A stretch of 38,264 nucleotides of DNA from a virus: IMG/VR virus record IMGVR_UViG_3300045988_016904; one strand, 5' to 3'. The notes under the pieces were generated by a model. The model made no database searches. It was given only the letters and a program-made list of their open reading frames with translations, and was not told the origin of the DNA. Of the stretch, positions 17,210-25,230 are shown in pieces (positions within the stretch are counted from its first letter, which is position 1; each line of letters opens with the position of its first letter). The position numbers and the translations under genes are program-made.

Positions 17210-17688
17210 CGGATAGAGTACCGGGAATGCCGGGGCAGTACAAGCTTACAATGAATGGGCAGACGCTGAGCGTGACGATTGAGCGAGACGACCAACCGCT
17301 TGTGGAGGGCACGCCCTACAATAAAGCGTCTGTTCTGCCTGATAGCCTAGCAAATCAGTTGTGCCCCAACGTAATCAATCCCACCCCGGCGGATGCGCTC
17401 AGCGGATTGAGCAAAAAGAAATACGAGGTGACGTTGCTTGCATCCGGCTGGACTTCAAATTCCGGCGCGTACAAGCAGAAAATCCTCCTGAGTTCCATTC
17501 TGGGCGATAGCAACGAAAGCGTGAAAAGCTGGCCTATTTATTCCGGCAACGTGGACACCGACAGCGCTATACGGGATGCTTGCGCAGCGATTACATACGC
17601 GAAAACGGAGGCCGGAAGTGTAACGTTTGTGTGCTTGGATGAAGCCCCTGAGGTGGATATTCCTGTTATTGTGGAGGTGAGCAGGTAA
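17206..17688 (+). CDS. tail fibre-associated hypothetical protein
   Basis: Start overlaps the upstream gene. Call is positional. Confidence 0.5.
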   Translation: MTDRVPGMPGQYKLTMNGQTLSVTIERDDQPLVEGTPYNKASVLPDSLANQLCPNVINPTPADALSGLSKKKYEVTLLASGWTSNSGAYKQKILLSSILGDSNESVKSWPIYSGNVDTDSAIRDACAAITYAKTEAGSVTFVCLDEAPEVDIPVIVEVSR

Positions 17689-18635
17689 TGGGAGAAGTAG
17701 CACTTGAGGGATTTGGCAGCGGCGGCACAGGCGGCACCCTTACCGTCACAGCCCCGGCGAACGTCACTGTTACTGTTTCCAAGGACGGAAAGACGAAGAC
17801 CAAGAACTCCGGCACCAGCGGCGTGGTTGTCTTCAAGGGGCTTGCAAGCGGGACGTGGACACTTGCGATTACGGATGGGTCACAAACCTCATCTAAGCCT
17901 GTTGTCGTCACTGCCGATTATTCAACCGTGATTGCATTTTTCACGGCCACTATCAACATCACCTATCCTGCCGGTTCGACCTGCACTTGCTCTGACGGCA
18001 CAACGACTCTATCCGCCCCTGACACCAGTGGTACATGGGCTTGCATTGTGCCGAACGCCGGGACTTGGACTGCAGCCGCTACAGATGGGGTAGAAAACAC
18101 CAGTGAATCTGTATCTATAACTACAGATGGTCAAATCGCAGCCATTGAGCTGAGCTATTTGCTCTGGCTGTATAAAAGCGGAAACACCTATAATGCAGTA
18201 ACCGGAGGCTGGTCAGTAGCCGAGCATCCCTCAACTGGTGGAAGTTTTGACAGTGTGCTTACTCTAAACGACGATAGCATGCTATTATCGACGGAAGTAT
18301 TTGGTGGCAGCGTAGCATACGCAAATGCATTCACGAATAACTCGATTGATCTGACAGGAGTAAATACTCTGAAATTCAAAATAACGGGTATTGGTAATAC
18401 TGCATACTCGGACAAAGAGGGCAATACACATAAGTTCCGATTCAGTCTTGTGGTGGCAAATGAACGGCCTACCAAGCAAAACCCAACATTTGCCGCAGAT
18501 ATGAAGATCCTGGCAACCGGCGAGTATTCTGTTGACGTTTCAGCTGTAACCGCGGGATACGTTGGTATATGGATAACCACTGGAGGATACAACAAAACGA
18601 CGCTGACAATATCTGAGATATGGGGTGAAGAATGA
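17688..18635 (+). CDS. putative receptor-binding / tail fibre protein with duplicated beta-rich modules
   Basis: Internal repeat: SGTWTLAITDGSQTS versus AGTWTAAATDGVENTS. Thr/Gly/Ser-rich. Confidence 0.55.
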   Translation: MGEVALEGFGSGGTGGTLTVTAPANVTVTVSKDGKTKTKNSGTSGVVVFKGLASGTWTLAITDGSQTSSKPVVVTADYSTVIAFFTATINITYPAGSTCTCSDGTTTLSAPDTSGTWACIVPNAGTWTAAATDGVENTSESVSITTDGQIAAIELSYLLWLYKSGNTYNAVTGGWSVAEHPSTGGSFDSVLTLNDDSMLLSTEVFGGSVAYANAFTNNSIDLTGVNTLKFKITGIGNTAYSDKEGNTHKFRFSLVVANERPTKQNPTFAADMKILATGEYSVDVSAVTAGYVGIWITTGGYNKTTLTISEIWGEE

Positions 18636-18952
18636 TGATTTACATTGATTCTGACTTTAAGTGCTACGTCACCCCTGGCGAAGGCCTTACACCTATTGAA
18701 ACAGATGTCTTCGACGGTAAGTGCAATATTTATATTCAGGGCTATCGCTTCATCCCGGCGGGTAAGACGTGGACACGTGCTGATGGCGTGGTGTTCACCG
18801 GCGAGATGATTGCCCCATGGAAACCCTGGGATGAACTTGACGCCGTTCAGCGGGAATATGAGCGGGAGCAGTACAAAACGGTTTCTACTCAGAACGCTGA
18901 ATACGAAGAGGCGTTGACTGAAATTGAAACCGCTCTGGGGGTGAACGCATGA
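18632..18952 (+). CDS. hypothetical protein
   Basis: 106-aa ORF with a start overlapping the upstream gene. Confidence 0.5.
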   Translation: MMIYIDSDFKCYVTPGEGLTPIETDVFDGKCNIYIQGYRFIPAGKTWTRADGVVFTGEMIAPWKPWDELDAVQREYEREQYKTVSTQNAEYEEALTEIETALGVNA

Positions 18953-19074
18953 TGACCATCGAAGAGCGTAAAAACGCTATCCTTGCAAAAATCAGAGAGA
19001 TAAAAGCCAGCGGTGGTGAGGAACAGCTGAAAGAGCTGGATGAAGCTTATAAGAAAGGGGTTGACAGTCTGTGA
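18949..19074 (+). CDS. small hypothetical protein (41 aa, helical)
   Basis: ATGA overlap upstream, and its stop overlaps the next start. Below the ORF-track cutoff. Confidence 0.4.
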   Translation: MMTIEERKNAILAKIREIKASGGEEQLKELDEAYKKGVDSL

Positions 19075-19520
19075 CCCAGGAGGAAAGAAAAAGCATCATG
19101 TATGCTCAGGGGCGGGCGAACGCGCTTGCCTTGCAGGAGAAAGCCCCGGAGATGACAGGCACCGAACTGAACGCGGCGGATAGCGACATTCCAAGTTTCA
19201 AGGCCGCTGTCGCAAACAAAAACATGTTGGAGCGCAAGGCCGGGTTTGTGTGCCAAGCGTCTTCTGGCCGTGTGGTGCGGCTGGTGCAGCCCTATGACAG
19301 CACTATCTACACTAAGGAGCCAGAGGAACTTCCAGCGCAGTGGGGGTTTGCTTGGAGCACCGACCCAGCAAAAGCGTTGCCGTTCGTCGCTATGTCTACT
19401 AGCCCCTATAATAAGGGCGACTGCTGCACGGAAGGCGGTAAAGTGTACCGCTCCACGTTGGACAATAATGTATGGTCGCCGTCCGCATACCCACAGGGCT
19501 GGGAAGAGGTGAACGTATGA
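19071..19520 (+). CDS. hypothetical protein with a CBM5/12-like C-terminal motif
   Basis: YNKGDCCTEGGKVYRSTLDNNVWSPSAYPQGW resembles small carbohydrate-binding modules. Confidence 0.5.
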   Translation: MTQEERKSIMYAQGRANALALQEKAPEMTGTELNAADSDIPSFKAAVANKNMLERKAGFVCQASSGRVVRLVQPYDSTIYTKEPEELPAQWGFAWSTDPAKALPFVAMSTSPYNKGDCCTEGGKVYRSTLDNNVWSPSAYPQGWEEVNV

Positions 19521-20128
19521 CGGTAAAGCAAATTCAGTGCCTTCTGACCTATCTGGGCTATTCTCCCGGCACGATTGACGGAGCTGACGGCAAGAACACG
19601 CAAGCGGCTATCCGGGCGTTTCAGGCGAACTATGGGCTTACCGTGGACGGGATACCGGGTGCGGCTACCCAGAAAATGCTGATCGGCGCGATCGCCGGGA
19701 CGGCGGTAAAGGTGGAGAAGCCGGAGAACAGCGACGCGCCGAAAACCGGTACGTTCTGGGACGACATCAAGTACTTCACCCGGAAGGAATTCCGGTGCCC
19801 CTGCGGCCGCTGCGGTGGATTCCCGGTGGAGCCGCAAGAATCCATGGTGCGTGCTGTGGATGAAATCCGGCACCGGCTGGGCATCCCGATTTCCATTGTG
19901 GACGGCGGTGGTTCCGGCGTGCGGTGCGTGGCGCACAACGCGGAGGTTGGTGGTGTGTCCAATTCTCAGCATCTGTTTGGGCTTGCCGCTGATCTGCACA
20001 GTACCGCAAGTCCGGCGAAGATGAAAGCCGTAGCGGAGGAAGTTCTGGGGCACACTGGAGGAATTGGGCTGTACAGCTGGGGCATTCATGTGGATACCCG
20101 GCAAGGATACGCTCGATGGAAAGGCTGA
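19517..20128 (+). CDS. endolysin: PG_binding_1-like domain plus peptidase M15 domain
   Basis: N-terminal LGYSPGTIDGADGKNTQAAIRAFQ motif. C-terminal SQHLFGLAADL and GIHVD zinc-ligand motifs. Confidence 0.85.
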   Translation: MTVKQIQCLLTYLGYSPGTIDGADGKNTQAAIRAFQANYGLTVDGIPGAATQKMLIGAIAGTAVKVEKPENSDAPKTGTFWDDIKYFTRKEFRCPCGRCGGFPVEPQESMVRAVDEIRHRLGIPISIVDGGGSGVRCVAHNAEVGGVSNSQHLFGLAADLHSTASPAKMKAVAEEVLGHTGGIGLYSWGIHVDTRQGYARWKG

Positions 20129-20143
20129 GAAAGGAGTATGCCA

Positions 20144-20443
20144 ATGGAAGAAACGGAAATCGCTGGGCGGCTTTCTGCGGTAGAACAGCGGAGCAAATCC
20201 AACTCCCACCGTCTGGACGCGCTGGAACGGCACACGGAAGCGGTGAACACGCTGGCAACATCCGTCGCCGTCATGGCGGAGAAGGTGGAAGTTACCGGGG
20301 AGAAGGTTGACGGCCTCTGCACGGACGTGCAGGAGCTGAAATCCGAACCCGGCAAGCGGTGGAAGTCGGTTGTGGAAAGGGTCATATACATCGTCGTAGC
20401 CGCTGTTGTAGGGTTTATTCTTGCCCGGCTTGGGCTGGGCTGA
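20144..20443 (+). CDS. XhlA-like lysis-associated membrane protein
   Basis: RSKSNSHRLD motif, coiled coil, and C-terminal TM segment (VIYIVVAAVVGFILARLGL). Confidence 0.65.
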   Translation: MEETEIAGRLSAVEQRSKSNSHRLDALERHTEAVNTLATSVAVMAEKVEVTGEKVDGLCTDVQELKSEPGKRWKSVVERVIYIVVAAVVGFILARLGLG

Positions 20444-20463
20444 TTTTTAAGGAGGAAAACAAA

Positions 20464-20712
20464 ATGTACGAACTGAAAGACACCATCGAGGGCATGACAA
20501 GCGCTGACTATAAGGAGCGCTTTAAGGCCGAGTACCAGCAGGTAAAAATCCGGTACGACAAACTGGACGCAATGACCGTGAAGTACGAGGCTGGAACGTT
20601 GCCGTTCACCCCCAACTGCTCGCTCGACCTTCTGAAAGAGCAGAAGAAGCACATGGGGAATTACATCCGTTGCCTGAAAATCCGCGCTGAGATCGAGGGC
20701 ATTACGCTTTAA
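20464..20712 (+). CDS. hypothetical protein in the lysis cassette
   Basis: 82 aa. Preceded by the same 20-nt RBS cassette as the holin gene. Confidence 0.5.
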   Translation: MYELKDTIEGMTSADYKERFKAEYQQVKIRYDKLDAMTVKYEAGTLPFTPNCSLDLLKEQKKHMGNYIRCLKIRAEIEGITL

Positions 20713-20725
20713 GGAGGAAAACAAA

Positions 20726-20983
20726 ATGATTAACTGGATTGTACGTGTCAAAAACAAAAATTTCTGGCTGGCCGCAATTCCCGCGCTGCTTCTGCTGGTG
20801 CAGACGGTAGCCGCCCTGTTCGGCTTTACGCTGGACTTGGGCGAAATCGGCGACAAGCTTCTGGCCGTGGTGAACGCCGTGTTTGCTCTGCTGGTGATTC
20901 TGGGCGTGGTCAATGATCCTACCACTGCCGGTATCGCTGACAGCAAACAGGCAAGAACCTACAGTTCCCCAAAGGAGGACTGA
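20726..20983 (+). CDS. holin (phi LC3 / Phage_holin_1-like)
   Basis: 85 aa with two hydrophobic segments and a charged tail. MINWIVRVKNKNFW N-terminus. Confidence 0.7.
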   Translation: MINWIVRVKNKNFWLAAIPALLLLVQTVAALFGFTLDLGEIGDKLLAVVNAVFALLVILGVVNDPTTAGIADSKQARTYSSPKED

Positions 20984-20991
20984 TGTGATAA

Positions 20992-21228
20992 GTGGATAAA
21001 GTCCCGTGGAATCGGGTGATTCTGGATGAGTTCTGTTCTCTGGCGATTCTCACGCCGTTGGAGGAAAAGATCATCCGCACCCGAGCCGCCGGATGGAGCC
21101 AGACAAAACAGTGCCACAAGTTTTGTGTGTCCCAAGCCACTATCACAAGAACGATTAAAAAGTTGCGGATAGAATACGAATTGTGCAGAAAGTACAGTGA
21201 CAAGCTCCCTGAAAACCTGAAATTCTGA
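20992..21228 (+). CDS. small HTH protein (sigma region-4-like)
   Basis: GTG start. GWSQTKQCHKFCVSQATITRTIKKL is HTH-like. Confidence 0.5.
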   Translation: MDKVPWNRVILDEFCSLAILTPLEEKIIRTRAAGWSQTKQCHKFCVSQATITRTIKKLRIEYELCRKYSDKLPENLKF

Positions 21229-21236
21229 TTCTGCGT

Positions 21237-21273
21237 GACGATTTATTGACGATTTATTGACGAAATCCCGACG
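21237..21273. repeat. four GACG motifs phased at 11 bp (GACGATTTATT x2, GACGAAATCCC, GACG)
   Basis: GACG occurs at 21237, 21248, 21259 and 21270. The last two units overlap the terminator stem. Confidence 0.7.
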
Positions 21274-21306
21274 AGTAGATGATGATTCTACCGTCGGGAT
21301 TTTTGT
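21263..21306 (+). terminator. intrinsic terminator closing the lysis/HTH transcript
   Basis: AAATCCCGACG (21263..21273) pairs with CGTCGGGATTT (21292..21302), followed by TTTG. Confidence 0.75.
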
Positions 21307-21361
21307 TATTCTATAGGTAGAAGGTGGCCACCTCCTAATATTTTGAAGGAGGACTTCTAAT

Positions 21362-21982
21362 ATGGTTGAAGTCGAAAAGGAATATGCCTCCAAAGGCGTA
21401 GCCGGTGCCGGTCTTGGTACGGGTATTGCCGGTCTGGCGCTGGGCGTGATGAACGCTGCGGGCGGCCTGGGCGCTCTGGCTCTCGGCAACCGCAATTCTG
21501 CTCCCCCCGCTCCCGTAATGCCCGCCATGCCCTATGGCTACGGCTGGGGCGGGTGCAGCGAGAACATGCCCGTGAGCCGGTATGAACTGGATCGTGAGCA
21601 GCAGCTCGCCGCCAAGGATTCCGAAATCGCGCTGTTGAAGGCAAACGCCTACAACGACCAGAAATCCATTGAGCTGTACGCTTACATTGACGGACAGCTC
21701 AAGGACATTCGCAAGACCCTGTGCGATCAGGCCGTACACAATCAGCGCACCGAGGACAGCTTTGCGCTGGTTCGTCAGGACGTGGAATGCGTTCGGGCTG
21801 ATCTGTCCAAGGACATCAAGATCGAGGCAGAGCGGCGTTGCTGCGCTGACAATTCCATCGTGACCTACGCCAACGCGACCTTCTATCCGAAGCAGGTTGC
21901 CGACGTGACCACCGGAACCGGAACCACGGCACAGACGCTGTACAACCCCCTGCCCAAGTGCGGCGGGTGCTGCAACGGTTGA
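21362..21982 (+). CDS. moron protein A: Gly-zipper hydrophobic N-terminus, coiled coil, Cys-rich tail (unknown function)
   Basis: Contains GVAGAGLGTGIAGLALGVMNAAGGLGALALG and ends in KCGGCCNG. Strong RBS (GAAGGAGG). Confidence 0.6.
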   Translation: MVEVEKEYASKGVAGAGLGTGIAGLALGVMNAAGGLGALALGNRNSAPPAPVMPAMPYGYGWGGCSENMPVSRYELDREQQLAAKDSEIALLKANAYNDQKSIELYAYIDGQLKDIRKTLCDQAVHNQRTEDSFALVRQDVECVRADLSKDIKIEAERRCCADNSIVTYANATFYPKQVADVTTGTGTTAQTLYNPLPKCGGCCNG

Positions 21983-22035
21983 TTCCCGACAATTGGGGCG
22001 GCAGCCGCCGCCCCATACTTTCAAGGAGGTAATTT

Positions 22036-22386
22036 ATGATTCCTATGGAAAACGTGCAGGCAGGGCTTGCAAGATTCATTGACAGAAGCATTGCCCCAAG
22101 TCTTTCCGGCTGGGACAGAGTTCTGGTTGCCGGGGCAGGTGGCCTCTTGACGGCCAACATTCCGAATATTATCGCCCAGTATGCGGAGCACCCCATGTTT
22201 AAGGCGCTGGGCGTTTACGATATGGAGCATGGCACGGTGGACGTTGACGCCCTGTACAACGCCGCAAAGCCATACATGGGGACAGAGGCGCTGCCCGTAA
22301 AAATCCCCGGAATCGGGCTTACGCTCAAGCTGGGAAAGCAAGATATTGATACGCTGTATGCGTATATTCAGGAGGGTATCAGATGA
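22036..22386 (+). CDS. moron protein B, hypothetical
   Basis: 116-aa ORF with AAGGAGG RBS. Stop overlaps the next start. Confidence 0.55.
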   Translation: MIPMENVQAGLARFIDRSIAPSLSGWDRVLVAGAGGLLTANIPNIIAQYAEHPMFKALGVYDMEHGTVDVDALYNAAKPYMGTEALPVKIPGIGLTLKLGKQDIDTLYAYIQEGIR

Positions 22387-22691
22387 AAGAAATCAAACTG
22401 CTGATGGAGCATATTGAGGACGAGCTGGAAGACGCGCACACCTACGCAGAGCTGGCCGTGGAATACAAGCACGACGACCCGGAACTGGCAGACCTGTTTT
22501 ACAGGCTGAGCGGGGAGGAAATGAACCACATGAACGCCCTGCACAAGGCCGTTGTTTCCCACATCGAGGAATACCGCAAGCAAAAGGGTGAGCCGCCTGC
22601 GGCCATGATGGCCGTCTATGAGTATCTGCACAAGCGGGATATTGAGCGGGCGGAGAACGTCGGAGTGGTGCAGGGGATGTATAAAAAATAA
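22383..22691 (+). CDS. moron protein C: small helical protein with two ExxH motifs (ferritin-like, inferred)
   Basis: Contains EDAH and EMNH motifs in predicted helices. Confidence 0.5.
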   Translation: MKEIKLLMEHIEDELEDAHTYAELAVEYKHDDPELADLFYRLSGEEMNHMNALHKAVVSHIEEYRKQKGEPPAAMMAVYEYLHKRDIERAENVGVVQGMYKK

Positions 22692-22695
22692 AGAA

Positions 22696-22725
22696 ACACG
22701 CCCTACCAATCAAGGCAGGGCGTGT
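22696..22725. terminator. bidirectional terminator shared by the moron cassette and the integrase gene
   Basis: ACACGCCCT pairs with AGGGCGTGT. T-rich on the - strand side, CTTCTGGTTT on the + side. The integrase stop codon lies in the loop. Confidence 0.65.
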
Positions 22726-24371
22726 CTTCTGGTTTGGATGAAAACCATTCCCACAACGGTAATTGTGTTCGGATTTGCGTCCAATGGTGACCCAACGCGC
22801 CCTATATCCGAACACGGGGATACTGCCGGAGTAGGAACGCGGTATGTCTTTGATGGGATCTGCGTCAGCCGGTAGGCGGTCACAAATTTCAGGAATCCCG
22901 GCTCGTCATCGTAAACGGTGACGGAATTTACAAGCATTTCAATAAGCATGGCTTTCTGGGTTTCCAGCGGAACCGCATTTTCCCTTACCGCTTTCAGATA
23001 AACCACGACAGATTCCTTTGTGAGCGGAATCACGCCGCGTTCTTCATCGGATAGTTGTGTAGACAGTCCCTTTTTCTGGGCTTCTAATTCGGCAAGCCTT
23101 TCCACAATAGCGTCCGGCGCAACGGAAGCACATTCAAGTGCTTTCGTCAGATTGCGGATTTTATTTTCAATTTCAGAAATCTTTTTGCGTATGACCGGAA
23201 TCTGTGTATTCTTCTGAATGTCTTCCTCTGACTGCTGGGCGGCTACTTCTGCCACAAATTCGATAATTTCGTCTGTCAGTACGTCAAGAGCGTCCTGAGC
23301 CACCACATCTTCCAGCCAGTCCTTCGGGACTGGCTTTTTGTCGCATAAGCGGGCCTTCTTTCTATTGGCGCAGGAATAATAATTGTAAGTCTTCCCGCCT
23401 TTTCCTCTGCCGCACTCTCCCACCATGGGAGCGCCGCAGTGACCGCAGAAAATTTTCCCCGACAAAAGATACGGCACCTTCGCCTTACCTCTAGCTGGGG
23501 CTTGCTCGCTGGCTTTCAGTCTGGATTGTACAGCCCGCCAAAGCTCATCGGATATAATTCTGGGGACGGCGTTGTCTGTGCGAACATCGTCAAACTTGTA
23601 AACCCCGATATATTTTTCGTTCCGGAACACGTTCTTAAAACTGGACTTGTTGAATTTCGTTCCCCGCGTTGTCCGGTATCCGCGGGCGTTGAAATCGTCG
23701 CAGATCGCGGCCACGGTATCGCCGTCTGCATACCGGCGAAATGCTTCCTCCACCAAATGGGCAGTCATGGGGTCGATTTGCAGGCGCTTGTCTACGACAG
23801 TGTATCCTAGCGGTGTAGTGCCGCCTGTACTGTTCCCTTTTCTGGCTGTTTCGCTCATGCCGCGACGTACCTTCTGGGACAGCTCCAGAGAATAATACTC
23901 CGCCATACCTTCCAGCAGGGCTTCCAGAATCACACCCTCCGGGTTCTTGGAAATGCCCTCTTTCGCGGATTCCACGTTACAGCCGTTCTTACGGAGCCGC
24001 ATGCGGGCAATGGCGCTGTCTTCCCGGTTCCGGGCAAATCTGTCCAGTTTGTAAACCAAAACGGTTTTCCATGACGATCTGGCGCTGTCAGCAAGCATCT
24101 GCTGGAACGCTGGCCGCTTGTCCATGCTTGCGTGGGCGGAAATCGCCCGGTCAACATAAATGGCGGCAACCCGGTAGCTGTGGTGCTTGCAATAGGCTAT
24201 CAGCTCCCGGAGCTGCCCTTCGATGGACTGCTCTGTCTGCCGGTCGGAACTGTAGCGCATATACAGGCAGCAGACCGCCTCGCAGTCCGAGGAAAGAACG
24301 GAGGGGTTATCTGCAAACTGCTGTCTTTCCTCCGGCGTAAGAGCCGATAGATCAATTGGTATTGTTTGCAT
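22710..24371 (-). CDS. int: large serine recombinase (integrase)
   Basis: Resolvase-type N-terminus with YMRYSSDRQ (catalytic Ser). Recombinase domain, zinc ribbon (CGHCG...C..C) and coiled coil. Confidence 0.9.
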   Translation of the reverse strand: MQTIPIDLSALTPEERQQFADNPSVLSSDCEAVCCLYMRYSSDRQTEQSIEGQLRELIAYCKHHSYRVAAIYVDRAISAHASMDKRPAFQQMLADSARSSWKTVLVYKLDRFARNREDSAIARMRLRKNGCNVESAKEGISKNPEGVILEALLEGMAEYYSLELSQKVRRGMSETARKGNSTGGTTPLGYTVVDKRLQIDPMTAHLVEEAFRRYADGDTVAAICDDFNARGYRTTRGTKFNKSSFKNVFRNEKYIGVYKFDDVRTDNAVPRIISDELWRAVQSRLKASEQAPARGKAKVPYLLSGKIFCGHCGAPMVGECGRGKGGKTYNYYSCANRKKARLCDKKPVPKDWLEDVVAQDALDVLTDEIIEFVAEVAAQQSEEDIQKNTQIPVIRKKISEIENKIRNLTKALECASVAPDAIVERLAELEAQKKGLSTQLSDEERGVIPLTKESVVVYLKAVRENAVPLETQKAMLIEMLVNSVTVYDDEPGFLKFVTAYRLTQIPSKTYRVPTPAVSPCSDIGRVGSPLDANPNTITVVGMVFIQTRRHALP

Positions 24372-24981
24372 CGTGTTTACTCCTTTTTGCGTTTCGCTTT
24401 ATCACAGTTCGGACGATATACAGGCATGTTCCGATAATGGAAAAGGCCGCGACATAAACGATCGGCGAGGCGTGGCCGGACTGGAACAGGCCAAGATTCG
24501 GGTTTTGCATATCCAGAAAGACATATACCATAAGGAAGATGCCGAACAGAACCGCAAGCCCTGCGGCTCCATAAGTCACACGCTTCCAGTTATGCCGGAC
24601 GGCGGATATTTCTTTATCCATCATGTGGCTGCGCTCTTCCAACCGGGAGATGGCGTTATCTTTTTCCGAGATAAGTTCTTCCTTGTGTGAAATTTCGGTT
24701 TTCAGCCGTTCGATTTCCGCACTCTGGTCTTTCTTCGGCGGGGACAACTCCATCAGCTCATCCAGGGACAGATCAAGGTCAATGGCAATGGCGGTCACAT
24801 CATAGATACTTGGACCCGTCAGGTGGCCGGAGAAAAACTTTTTAACCATGGATTCACTTAGCCCTGTGCTGTCGATAATCTGCTGATTGGTTTTGTGCTG
24901 TTCCTCCTTTGCCCATTTCATCTTTGCGGGCAGATTATCACAAATCGTCGATATTTGTTGTATTATTTTCCGTTTTTCCAT
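24352..24981 (-). CDS. membrane-anchored XRE-like HTH protein (HTH + coiled coil + 2 TM)
   Basis: N-terminal HTH (TNQQIIDSTGLSESMVKKFFSG). TM segments VTYGAAGLAVLFGIFLMVYVFL and IVYVAAFSIIGTCLYIV. Overlaps the int start by 20 nt. Confidence 0.65.
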   Translation of the reverse strand: MEKRKIIQQISTICDNLPAKMKWAKEEQHKTNQQIIDSTGLSESMVKKFFSGHLTGPSIYDVTAIAIDLDLSLDELMELSPPKKDQSAEIERLKTEISHKEELISEKDNAISRLEERSHMMDKEISAVRHNWKRVTYGAAGLAVLFGIFLMVYVFLDMQNPNLGLFQSGHASPIVYVAAFSIIGTCLYIVRTVIKRNAKRSKHDANNTN

Positions 24982-25230
24982 TTTCTGCTCGCCCTTTCCG
25001 AAAAAATCCTACAAATTACGCTGAGAACGACTGAATTACTCGGATGCACCTTTACGTCACCACCGGCTGAACAGTATTATCATACTAGCCAAAGGTAAGG
25101 GACACACCATTCCGGCGGCAAAGCCCCGTCACCTTGTGGCACGGGTGGCGGGGCATATCTAAAGCGTTCCCCGCCGCTATGCGCATAGCGGCCACTCCCG
25201 GAATGCTCCGGGAGTGATGGACATTGAAAC

